Positions 14,264 to 26,279 of a stretch of 64,000 nucleotides of DNA are shown piece by piece. Source of the DNA: Carcharhinus longimanus (lineage: Eukaryota); NCBI GenBank assembly GCA_030264375.1, contig JASCQW010000190.1, positions 51,994,078-52,058,077 on the forward strand, given 5' to 3'. The notes beneath the pieces were generated by a model. It had not been told where the DNA came from and searched no databases. It saw only the letters and a program-made list of their open reading frames with translations. Position numbers and translations under genes: made by a program. Numbering within the stretch: the stretch's first letter is position 1; the number at the start of each line of letters is the position of its first letter.

Positions 14264-14843
14264 CTACACATTGAAATGTAGAATAGAGAAAAATGTTAGT
14301 TATAACAATGCAATCACATGGGAAAGAGGGAGAAAATTAAAATCATCTTTCCTAAAAAACTGCATTATGCAAGGAAGTATGCAAGTTAGAGAATCACAGT
14401 TATTAATGCAGTCACTAGCAGTTATACATTGATCAAAAAGCTCAGCCATGGAATAACTGAGGCAGATCCTGGGAAAAATAGAACAGATGTGATGGACAAT
14501 TTTTCTCAGATATAATGTGGGTCAGTCATGTGACTTCTGCCTGAAAAGTGACTCAAGTGTGCTCTGGTGCTCTCCACCTCTCAATCCCTGATCTCATCAA
14601 TCATTGTACTTCTAGTTAGTCAAGGCATCTGAAGCACTTTATAAAGCAATGTTCCACGCTGGATTATCTGACTGCATCAGAATTTCCCACCTGTCCACTG
14701 CAAAAAGCGCCAAATAATCAGCTCCCAAGAGACCCAGACTGTTGTGCATCTGCTGTTATGCAAGAACTATAGCAAACATCAGAAGGGACAAAGGCAGTAC
14801 ACCAGCAAAACATAAGACTCCACAATGTATTGAAATGACACAC

Positions 14844-15020
14844 CTGGAACCTTGTGATGGCAACTCCTGGACATGTGTTGTGGTGTCCCTCATGTCGTAA
14901 ATCAAGATGGAACCATTTATCAACCCAGCATAGATGTAGTTTGTGTCATCTGAACACCAGCAGCAGCTCCAGACAGGGCGACCAGTGTTGTAAGTCTGAA
15001 CCACAGTGTTGGCAATCAGG
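14844..15020 (-). CDS. RFWD3: RFWD3 coding exon 9 ([22 protein letters not shown]...)
   Basis: ctgtag| acceptor, AG|gtgtgt donor, 177 nt. WD40 motif RPVWSCCWC. Confidence 0.95.
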
Positions 15021-16105
15021 CTACAGGGACAGTAATTAACAGGATCATTGCAGGCAGTTAGAAGAAGCACAGGGTGCTGGAATGGCATTGCCAAAATCTT
15101 GAATAGTTGACAAAAGGACCAAAAACAATTGAGACAAAATGTGGCTGCAATTCTAGGTTTTTCTAATGAGTAGCAGGATTATGCAGACCAGGAAGGTCTT
15201 CGTTTTGTGCCATGGCTGGTTTCAAGTTGGAGCAGCACAAGGGGACAACAAGTCAGCCTGACCTGCTGTTTCTTCTTAGAATGCAAGAAATGTCAACAGT
15301 ACCAAACGCAGATGAGGTGGTGATGATGCTGGGCCTACTTCCAATGTTAAGCTACTTCAGAAGATGTATCAATTGTTTTGAAGTCATTTTTTGTCATGAC
15401 CACATAATACCAGATTTACTGAATACAGTTTGACATCTTACCAAAGTGTGATTTGAGCTTATAACCTGTGGAACGCAAGGCCAGTACCATAACCACTTAC
15501 CTGTATACTGAGCTAGTGGTTAAAGGATCAACCGGGAACTGCTCATATATTATCAGCAATTCCTTATCTAAATGCATGAATGGGTGAGGATCAGAATTAG
15601 CTGTAATGCTCTGACAGTCAAATAACTTGTTAATGATCTAGGTTTAGGTTTGCACAGACATGTCACTGGAGAATGATTGCTGCCAGATTGCAGGAAAAAG
15701 TCAAATCCTTTAAGAGAGGAAAGGGGGGAAAAAAACTTCGAGGAAGCAGATCATCTGCTGTTCCTCTTCTCCATTAGCTGCGATGGAAAGTGTAGGGAGA
15801 GTTCTCCTACAAGATGTGTGTGGCATTCTTTTTGATAAAAATCTAAGTCCAAAACAACTACACTTGTTTCTGCCACCCCTAAGGCAGTCAAGAGACATGC
15901 AGAAAAACAAAGAACCTAATGCCAACATACCTGAATATATGAGAAATGTGTACTGGTTTTTCAACCTCTGTCAGGAGTTGTCAAGCATCAACCAAGATAG
16001 AATCTTATTGATTTCCCCAGAAGGCACCAATGAAAACTACTAGTTTGTCAGTGCTTTGTTCCCTTCTCCTTCCTCAATGGCCACTGTCGAACGATGCCCA
16101 TTTAC

Positions 16106-16256
16106 CTGGTTAATTTGATAGTGTTGTCCAAGGATGCAGAAAGGAGTACACTTTCGGGGCGGTCACTGAATGCCAGACCTCGGATCTGTTTGGAATGGAT
16201 TGGGACGTACTGGGTGCTGCGGAANNNNNNNNNACTTATCTTCTTCACGCCACACC
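16106..16256 (-). CDS. RFWD3: RFWD3 coding exon 8 (GCGVKKIS[23 protein letters not shown]...[11 protein letters not shown])
   Basis: aacag| acceptor, AG|gtaa donor, 151 nt. The 9-N gap at 16225-16233 preserves frame. Confidence 0.93.
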
Positions 16257-17279
16257 CTGTTCAGCAGACAAATGAGGTAAGCTGGGTAGCAAAACCTGAA
16301 CTGATGGAGTTACCTTAATTGCACTGCAACAGCAGAGCTACAGACAAATATGAACACCCCACAAAAGAAACCTCAAACCGATGGCTAAAATGGAAATCAG
16401 CTGTATGCAGAAAGGACTTAAAATACGAATGTTCTAAATGAAGGTTATGTAGATCATGGGTTCACAGGGTCATTAGGAGCTGAGCGGAAAAGTCTGTTTA
16501 CAATCTTTGGTAATAAGGTCTCTCAATGGTCTACCAGTGTACTGATATTATGTCATCTTGCACGTACGTAAACTTGTCACATCATACAACAATATCTACA
16601 AAGCAGTCCAAAATCTCAACACTGAGGGAAATAAAGGATAAAAAACAAACAGTTAGCAGCAGGGAAAAGCTTAAGACAAGGAGATTGCTGCAGGAAACTT
16701 GAGCCTCAAGTTAGGGGAAATGAATGGGAGGCAGAAAAATAGACGGATTTTTGGGAACTATAATGTTAGATACCAGGACAATGTCTGAAATCCAACTGTC
16801 CAAATACTGGGGTTGTCCGAAAACCAGACAATTTTATAGGCTCCCTTTCTATTTCCATCGATAGTAACTGAGCAAAATAACTTACCAGGACAACTCAGCT
16901 GTGTGCTGCATTTGCACAGTGACACACCGTGCTAATTTTTGGCTTTGAGTGCCAATCTTTATCATGCTGCTGAGCAGGCCAAACAGCCCTTGCTCCCACC
17001 TGCCCTAAGAGCCAGTCTTTCTTGTATTATTTAATTTTTTTCCAATTCTTTTTACTATTATGTACTCTATTTGCAAACTTTAATAAAAGGAAACTTATTC
17101 ACTTGTTTTCATGTGGCTCCTATTAATTGAATTCAGATTCTGATTTTTTTTCTCTAAAAAGCAGCAAGAGCCAAGGCCAGAAAGACTCAGCTCTAAGGTT
17201 ATTGGTTTTGAGATACTTTACTTGCAAGTCAGCACTGCAGCAGAAGCTAGTGGCAGTTGTAAATCACTGTGAAGCTTAC

Positions 17280-17508
17280 CAGGTAGGAGAGTTGTTTGAG
17301 GAGAAGGTTGGGAGACAACAAGACAGCTCATCAAAGCAGAATACGCCATGACTCGACAGTTCCCACTCTGTGAAACCATGATTCCTTTCTCAAACTGGTA
17401 CTTGCTCTGATTTTGACTAGAACTGGTGTGACCAGTTAGGGAATTACAGGAACTAGAGGGACCTTGAGAAGCACTTGGATTGTGCTTGGCCATCAGACAT
17501 TTCAGCTC
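17280..17508 (-). CDS. RFWD3: RFWD3 coding exon 7 (start of WD40, ...[12 protein letters not shown]...SQPSPQ)
   Basis: ctgcag| acceptor, G|gtaag donor, 229 nt. Lies within ORF 17218..17523. Confidence 0.95.
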
Positions 17509-18307
17509 CTGCAGTAGAGACACAGAAAATTCAATGACATGTTCACAAAATAATCAAATATGGTTATACTGACTGTGCGGCTATATTGGAATGCGTATGC
17601 ATCTGAGAAAACCCAACTGAGTGCCAAGTTGAAAAGATGGGAATACAGCACAGAAAGGATTTAGAATACAACTACAAATACACTCACATAGCAAATTCAA
17701 AACATGACTTTATAAACAGGGAATTCCATTTCGAAAAATTCAATACAAATACAAGTGGAGGAACCTCATTACACACCCAACTGCTATCTTCTACTCCATG
17801 CGCAGGATAATCCGAAATGCTGCTGTGTCTCCACCCTGTAGCCTGCTTACTGTTTAACTGATTATCATCTCAATATTTTTTGCACATTTTGTCTCAACCT
17901 GGTTCAGCTGCTGGCTTCAAATGTGCTAAATGGAAAATACAGCCACACATGCCAAGCCTTAATACAGAGAGTTGCATAAATACAGGTAATTTAGTGTAGA
18001 GCTACACACATCAGGTATAACACAGAGCTGATGACACACACAGGGAATTTAATCTCTTTATCCCTTCTTTGATCTCTCTTTTTTGCTCCAAGTAAGTAGA
18101 GTTCCAATAAGCTCTGGGTTTGGGACTATGCCTCCACTGAGTTCCAATGTCCATTTGGTTGGAGGCAACAAAATGATCTGTCAACTCACAATTACAGAAA
18201 ATTGTAAGATTATAATTTGAGCCAAAATTAATAGATTTCAGATCAACAAATAAGTGGACTCAGTGCAGTTTATGGGATTAGGAGAATGCAGACATATTTA
18301 GGGTGAT

Positions 18308-18612
18308 ACAATGGCACAGTGGTTAGCACTGCTGCATCACTGCGCCAGGAACTCAGGTTTGAATCCAGGCTTGGGTGACTGTGTGGAGTTTGTACATTCT
18401 CCCTATGTCTGCATGGATTTCCTACGGGTGCTCCAGTTTCCTCCCACAGTCTGAAAGACATTCTGGTTAGGTGCATTGGCCATGCTAAATTCTCCCTCTG
18501 TGTACCCAAATAGGTGCCTAGTGTGGCAACTAGGGGGTTTTTGACAGTAACTTAATTGTGTGTTAATGTAAGCCTACTTGTGACAATAATAAAATAAGTA
18601 AACTAAATAAAC
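18308..18612 (+). mobile_element. V-SINE, type B tail
   Basis: Same family, ending TGTGACAATAATAAAATAAG. Confidence 0.85.
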
Positions 18613-21056
18613 AGGCAGAAACACCAGTTGAAGCAACAAATCAAACAAAAGGCATGGGATCATTACAGAAAATTTACTATGGCAGTGTGATTTGACCATA
18701 AAAAAATAGTTTTAGTTTGAGTTAATAAAAAAAAAGCATACAAAGAGGAGGCTATATAAGAAGTTCCCAATTTTAGTCTCCAAACATGGCAAAGTATATG
18801 AAGGATCTAGAGAAGGCGCTGAGCAGGGCAACCTGAATGATGCCTAGCTGAGACCTTTCAATTATTTGGAGAAACTCCTCGTGTTCAGGTATTTACTTCA
18901 GAGAATCATAGATTATTTCAGATAAAGGGATCAGATTAGTTTGGATGCTGTCTTGTTGATTTGGTGAGGTGGGTAGGGATGGCAAAGCAAGGGAACAATA
19001 TTAGAGTAGTTGGAAAGGACTAGGTTAAACTGTTGGAAAGTCCATAAATAGACATCACACTGCTGAATAGATCAGCTAAATAGATGGATATTGATCAAGT
19101 GCATTGGAGCAAAATTATTCTGAACAACAGCTCAGGACCCTTCAAAGAGTGTAACATTTCTATTGCAGAATGTAAACTGTTAGCTGCCAATTGGAGTCCA
19201 GAATTTCTAGTAGTCATAATGTAGGGGCTGTCAACAAAAACTGACAGCAGCTTCTGGCATTTGCACATACACAGTTAAATGCAGAAATCTGGCTGCTGCA
19301 ATGAGTGATATTCTGGTTCTCTTTAGGGTACGCGAATGCAATGTTTGCAAATTGAATCATTAGAAATCACTGATTTATTGTAAACTTGAACTACACATGT
19401 GCTATTGTCACTGTTAAAATAGCAATAGAAATGTTGACCCTTATTTAATCAGGGCAGTTTTTCAAAAATTGCAGATTTTTAATTAAATAACACTCTAAAG
19501 AAGTTTTGTTATCATATTGATGTTTCTCCCTTAAATCCATTTGTTTTCTGTGTAATGAATTAAATGGTGATATTGCCTGTCTGAAAATTCTTCAAACTGA
19601 TTAGCCTACCACTAAATGTCCTGTTGTTACTGGATTCCAGAAATTCCACCAAACTGAGGAAATGAGGAAATCTACACTCTTCAGCCTGCTAAATCTTAGT
19701 GGCATTGCCCTTTTGCAACTGCCCACAAAATATTGGTCCACTGAGTAACGGGCTAAAACAATTTCCATAGGCCGCTCCATTTCCTTTATGGTATAGAGTA
19801 ATTTCCCCAGAGCATTTTATAAATTGATCACTTATTCTCTTTTTATAGTCTTGCAGAAAATTGTACAGTCAAGGACAAAATAATGTTCCAGATGCCAGCA
19901 CTGAATCTGGACTGGGTGCCTACTCTCTTTGCACATGTACACACGTCCAGCCAATCCAACACCAGTATCTACATCCACAGAGCACCTGGACCATGGGGCC
20001 AGCCCGACATGGAGCGCCAAGACCACAGGACCAATTTGAAATCAAGTTAAATACATGCATGCGACACACATAGCTAAGAATCCAAAACACAATAGGTTTT
20101 TTTTAAATGAAGAGTGTTGGCCAATTCAGCATTTGGTCATTATTTGACTAATTTGATCTATTTGTGCCTACAAATATAATTGCTAACTGTTGATGGGGTG
20201 CAAGAATTAATACAACACCATCTAGTTATTCATATTCAATGCATTTTCTAGAGGCAAAAGAAAATTGACTAAACCTCTCATGTTGGAGGAAACTGGCAAG
20301 AATTGATGTTCAGTGGGACACATGGAGATAATGGTAGCAAAATTAAAAGGTATTTTTATATTACAAGAGTGAGTAAACCAGAATTGCATTCCTCTTTCCT
20401 CCAGCTGAATTAAGTATGCGGAACTGGACCTGCAATGAACCATCACCAACACAACTTTTTGGTTCCCTGTGAATCTGTTGCTGGGTTAAAGTAAACGTTT
20501 CTGCAGCAAACATAGGAGTCAATCTCACATTTGGACCCAGCCCTTATATTACAGAACAGAATTATCAGGAGATCACCACTCAACAGTACTACACATCAAG
20601 TTCAGAGAACACCTGCCAAACAGAATAGTCTTAAGAGCCAGACAATGCCAGTCTCGGCTCTATATATACTAACAGATTAGAAGCAAATGATCTCTAATGA
20701 TAGCTCACTGTCAAGCACAAGCTGCGAACTAAGTGTGAAGGTTTCTGACTCAATTAGAGCAACATTAGAAGTATATTGAGTCTTGCAGATTAGAAATACA
20801 AACCCAATGTAGAATCACATTACTTGAGAAATAGAAAATGTTATTCCTTTATCATAAAACAGATCAACTTCAGAAATGAAAAGACTACAGGCATTAACAC
20901 CTACCCAAACCTCACACCAACTGACAGAATTCCAGGCCTGCATGTTAATCAGAACTGCAACACAGATTAATTCCAGAATTCCTGCTGGTTAAGTCAATTG
21001 TAAGAAAGCCATTTTCTACAGTTATTTATGAGGATTTAGAGCAAATTAATCCTTAC

Positions 21057-21171
21057 CTGCAGCTGTTTACGTAACTTGCTACACTCATCTGTCAAGAACT
21101 GCAGTTGGAGACGACACTGCGCAGATTCAAGTTCTGCTTTCCGACGCTTCATCTGCTCCTTCTCCAGGTCA
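21057..21171 (-). CDS. RFWD3: RFWD3 coding exon 6 (coiled coil, [38 protein letters not shown])
   Basis: ggcag| acceptor, CAG|gtaag donor, 115 nt. [13 protein letters not shown] is a conserved RFWD3 motif. Confidence 0.95.
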
Positions 21172-23096
21172 CTGCCCAGGTGAAAGAGATCAAGGTGAAG
21201 GCAAAAGGACAAAACTCAAAGATTTCTCAAAAATCAATGAAAACGTATAAACTTCACAAAATAATAATGGATGTCCAACATTTCATTCTCCGTGAGAACA
21301 AACAAACTCACATTTCCATAGTCCAACCACAGATCTCAAAGTGCTTTATAGTCCACAAAGTACGTTTTGAAACATTACCACAAACGCAAGGAAAACGGCA
21401 ACCAATCTGCACGCAGCAAGCTCATACAAACAGCCATATAATAACCATCAGATCATTGATTTGAATGATGGCACCAGAGGGATAAATAGTCAACAAGTCA
21501 CCTGAGTGCCAGGGTGGGAGAGGGGAAGAGAGAGGAGTACGGGGTGGAGGGGAAGGGGATTGAATTCCCCAAATTCTCTTTTATTTAGCACCAAGAGCTT
21601 TTTCACATCCATCTGTAAAGGTAGATGAGGCCTTGGTTTAGAGCTTATCAAAAGAAAGGATGGTACAGCACTCCCTCGGTGCTTCATTGGCGTGCTAGCC
21701 TGAATTACCTGCTCAAGATCCTGGAGCAGGGCTACAGTCAGAAACTCTTTCATTCAGGTAACATCTGATACCTGATGAAGTCACGTGCTGTGCATCAAAT
21801 AGCGAATGGAGGGCAGACTCCTCCAGTTTACCTCTAATAGCCATAGGAATGACATTCACAGCAATAAAGTTGAAAGATTGGGATCAGGTTATTTTGCCAC
21901 ATTCTCGGGCCAATACTTTGTCAGATAGAGAAGAGAGCCACAATATTTTACAGCAGCATTCCTACTAAGAGTTAAATTAGAATTAACAAGCATTCATTGA
22001 CATTTTGCATATTTTCTTTCCCTTTCTTTCCAAGGTCTTGGGAGGACACGCAAAACGCCATTTTAGAAACACGTCCGAGGAGGTCACAGTACCAAACAAA
22101 AATAGAGAGCTTTCTGAAAATTGCTTTGTTTAAATTCGTTTGAGCCCTTGTGGGAGAATGGCTAGAAGTGAACCTTTAGAGCTTTCTCATCACTCCAATC
22201 AAGTGCAATTGGTTACTGACAGTACACCTGGGAAAAGGGCGCAAGTAAATTTGCTGGAGCTAGTATTTTAGGCTACTTCCTCTGCCAAGCAGTCTGTGGC
22301 TCTGTTACTATTATGGTGGGAGCCAGAATGCATTTGCACAACTTGGAGATGTCTGCCCTTAGTGAGGTTGCAGCTGAGTTCTGCTTTAAGTAAATGAGGA
22401 CCTGGCTGCAAGAAGCTGGGGCAGGTAGGAGTTGTTACTTCCTTAACCATCTCCCCAGGCTTTAATTTGGTTCATATTTAGGACATGAGCACCTCTGGCA
22501 AGATCAGCATTGATTATCCCATCCCTATGAAACTGCAGTAACATAAATATAATAGACACAAAATCTAACATACATCAATTGGCAGTTACAGATCCTGAAA
22601 AGGTAGTGATTGGCAGAGAGGTTTGTTAAATCACTTCAAACAGTAGTTCATCTCGGATCAATTTAATTCGGATGGGATTGGAGTTACACGTAGGCAGATT
22701 TCCTTCCCTGACAGAGTTTATAACAACAATCCAGAATTTTAATGTCACTTAATCAATATCAGATTTTTTTAGTTACTGATTTTTCAAACTGAAAACTAGT
22801 CCAGTTATATAACTATTAGATTACTGTGTTCACATTTTGGCTGTAGATTCTGAACTTTAATAAATCTTTTCCCACTGATCCGCTTATTATCATTCACATT
22901 CAGCTGCCCTGTGTTCTCTCCAATATCCAAATGTTCCCTTTTCAGTTTTGTGACCTGATCAGCACAAAGGACACCAAGACAGAAGTCATTTTTTTCATGG
23001 CTCCTCCACAGAAGTTAGGCACTCTTTTGCTTTTTTTTTTTAAGTGTGAAACTTCAAAAAATGTGAGTCACAAGTATGTTCACATCATTTGTGTAC

Positions 23097-23188
23097 CTCT
23101 TCAATCGTTCCTGCTCACTGGTATCCACAACTTTCACTGTTGGGGCATAAACCAACACCACATCTGACCGCTTAGCTTTCTTATTACA
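23097..23188 (-). CDS. RFWD3: RFWD3 coding exon 5 ([30 protein letters not shown])
   Basis: ttttgcag| acceptor, AG|gtac donor, 92 nt. Matches human [30 protein letters not shown] (recalled). Confidence 0.95.
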
Positions 23189-23329
23189 CTGCAAAAGACA
23201 AACACGATTCTTGTTCACTTATAAAGCAGGTGCAATTTTCCACATGAGGAAAAATAATGAACCATATAATTGTACTGGGGAACATCACAAATCCTTGTCC
23301 CCAAAACCTCGTCCCAATTTCATAAAAGA

Positions 23330-23810
23330 GATAGAGGAACTGGAGAGGGTTCCAAAAAATATTTACTAGGATAGTGCCAGGAATGGGGGGATATACTTAT
23401 CAGGAGCGGGTGAACAGATGGGGCTAAAACTTTTTTCAAGAAATGATAAGGAATGACCTGATTAGTGTTCTTTAAAATTATGACAGGTTTTAACAGAGAA
23501 AATGTTTTCCACTTGTGGGGAAGAACAAAACTAGAGGCAATGGAAAGTAGTCACCAATAAATCAAATTGTGAATTCAGAAAAAACTCCTTTACTAATAGA
23601 ATGGGAGAAATGGGGAATTCACTACCATAGACATTGAAGTGAGTAATGCAGATGCATTTGGGGATCAGACAAGTACATAAGGAGAAGGGAGAAAAAGGGT
23701 TATGTTGATAGGCTTGGACGAGTAAAGGCAGGAAGAGAATGAAATGTAACATTAACACTGGCATGGACTGACTGAGCTGAAATGGCCATTGTCTGTGCTG
23801 TATACCGCAG
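23330..23810 (+). mobile_element. Old CR1 3' fragment
   Basis: Degenerate QKIFTRIVPGM...YQERVNR and a CR1-type 3' end. Confidence 0.6.
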
Positions 23811-24289
23811 GTAATTTCATGCAATGCCAAATATTGACATAATGCCAGAGACATTTTCACTGTTGTTGAGAATTCTTGGATGAACTTTGCTTCCTCCATC
23901 ATAGAACAAGGGCCGTGCACACCATAAAACAAAATCAAAACTCTCTGCATCTCTTCTTGAAAAAGAACATTTAAACAATTCCAAAATGTTTTCATTCCGT
24001 TTGAAACCTCACAAAGTTTTGATGGGCACTAAATTAAGTTGAGCGGCAGATCTATTTAGGGCTTTGGGAAGATGATGGGTGACCTTCAGACCTCATTTCA
24101 AAGATCATTAACTGTTCCATACATTCACCCCTCTTACTGAAATTCATCAAACCTATAGAACAAAAAAGGTATTAACCAAACCCAACTTCAACCCCAGTGG
24201 TTCAATGTACATGAGCAGTTCTTGTTACAATGAAATTCTAATAAAAATACGAATTGTCAGTTTGATCCCGAAAGCATGCCACCTGTTAC

Positions 24290-24514
24290 CTGTGGACATT
24301 TTCCTCCTCCTCCCCTCAGCCACTGGTAGATGCAGGTAGAGCCGAAGAGATGGCCACAATGCAGAGCAGCAAGATGGTGCCCTCCATTCGTGCATGGCTC
24401 AAAGCAGATGGGGCATGAATATGCTTCATCATCAGAGACTGTATCAGTGACTTTGATGCCTGCTGCATTTTCTTTCACATTTAAAGTATCTTCGGAGTGC
24501 GAAGTCAGGCTTTC
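24290..24514 (-). CDS. RFWD3: RFWD3 coding exon 4 (RING finger CPIC...CGHLFG..C...W....KCPQ)
   Basis: ctttag| acceptor, CAG|gtaac donor, 225 nt. RING motif matches RFWD3. Confidence 0.95.
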
Positions 24515-25262
24515 CTAAAGGTAAAGCATTATTCAGTTACTTATGAAGACCCTGCTGAACCTCCATTACGGACCTATTTTATTCTCTCTTAGGTGAAGTG
24601 TGACACAAGAATGCTGGAGAATACTTTCCCAATGTTCTGATTATACGTGTAACACTCCATGGGCATGATTACTGCTGGCTCATTAAATGAGAAAATACTC
24701 CTAAACCTCCACAAGCTTTATCACTATTCAAAACTGTCACTTATGTTTCTCAACTTCCCTGAACTTTTTAATGGCAATCCTGAAATTACAACAATGTGAT
24801 GTTTCTGCAGGGATGCAAGAGGACTAATAGTAACTGCTTCGAGTGCTTGTTCCAGTGGTACACCTCACTTAAGTTGGAACAAGCAAAGACCTAAAGAGAC
24901 TAGTTTCAAGCAAATCCCCATGGCTTGCTTTCTGCTCTATAATGTACTTCAACAATTAACATATTGAATCAGTCTTTTAACTTTTGAAACGCACTATGAG
25001 AAGAAATAGGTAACCAACGCTGTACAGCAGTAACCAAATCATGATGTTTAATTCTCAGTAGCAGTCATTACAACCGTAAACCCATGCTAACAGTTGACTG
25101 ACCCAAAGTTCAAAGTAATCTATGAATTTTCCACTACTGTTTCTTTTATTAATGTATCAAGATGAAATAAAAATCATTTTATTTCAAGCTTGAAGCATGT
25201 TGCCAATTGCAACAAAACTAAATTGAATAGCAATGAAACACAAATGTCCAGCAAAAGACCAT

Positions 25263-25389
25263 GGGCGGAATTTTCCTGACTCGCTTGCCATAAGAATTGT
25301 AGCGGGCGGGACACGAACTATGCAAAGGTCTGTTGACCTCGGGCAGGATTTTCTGGTCTTGGGGCGAGCACGGCCAGGAAATCCCACCC
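25263..25389. mobile_element. About 125-bp MITE-like element
   Basis: Imperfect TIRs GGGCGGAATTTTCC / GGAAATCCCACCC. A second copy lies at 61531-61655. Confidence 0.65.
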
Positions 25390-26196
25390 TGTGTCCACTT
25401 ACTCTTGAAACTAGGTTTTGTGTTCAAGTCTCTGGACTAAGACTTGAAAGCACAAACTTGGTCATCAGAGGCAAGAATAAGCCACAGCTGACATCTTAAG
25501 CCTTAAGTTAAAAGCTCCATCAGATACTGTTTACTGCATTACAACCCCACCCTGAAATCGACTTCCCTCTTCCCATTCCACCTTTCAGTTTGCCTGCACA
25601 CCTTCAAAGAATACACAGGCCTTGCAAACCACTCAGCGTACCATCTATTTTACTCAATCCGCTAAATATTGCTGTTAATTATGCAAATTTATGTCTTTGC
25701 ATTTTATGACCAATGCTCTGTCTAATTACTTTAGTGGGGAAGCAAATACTTGAAGTGGGCAACAATGTTTTTGTTGCTGTACAATGATGTAGGATAGAAA
25801 GGACAATGTTTGTCGCAGGACCGTCAATATGCTAAGTTATTATGCCACCATATATTGTACACGTACTTGGAAATAACGGTTCATCACCAACAGGTCGCCA
25901 AGTGGGAGTACCTAACATCAGAACTGATCTCACACAACACAAGCAGCCCTATCGTGGTTGATCTAAATCTCAACTTCATTTTCCCACCTTGATCCCATAT
26001 TCCTTCATATCTTTACTGAACAAAAATATCTATTAATCTCTTGTTTTTGAGGATTCAAGAATGCTCATTCCTGATTAGCTGTTCCCAGTTAATTTCTTTT
26101 GAACCCTTCCGACCAGATCTAAATGAGTTATAATGTATAACAGAGATTTGAGGTTGTTCATGGAATAAGACAGTTATAATTTTTGAAATGCCCTAC

Positions 26197-26279
26197 CTGC
26201 AGGTGTGCAGACTGCGAATCTCCAGTCTCAACATCCTGAGCTGGCACGGGGTTGACCAGACTGGGAGCAGTAGCAGGGG
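26197..26279 (-). CDS. RFWD3: RFWD3 coding exon 3 (APATAPSLVNPVPAQDVETGDSQSAHLQ)
   Basis: ttttgcag| acceptor and CAG|gtaggg donor. 83 nt converts phase 1 to phase 0, exactly as needed between the flanking exons. Confidence 0.8.
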
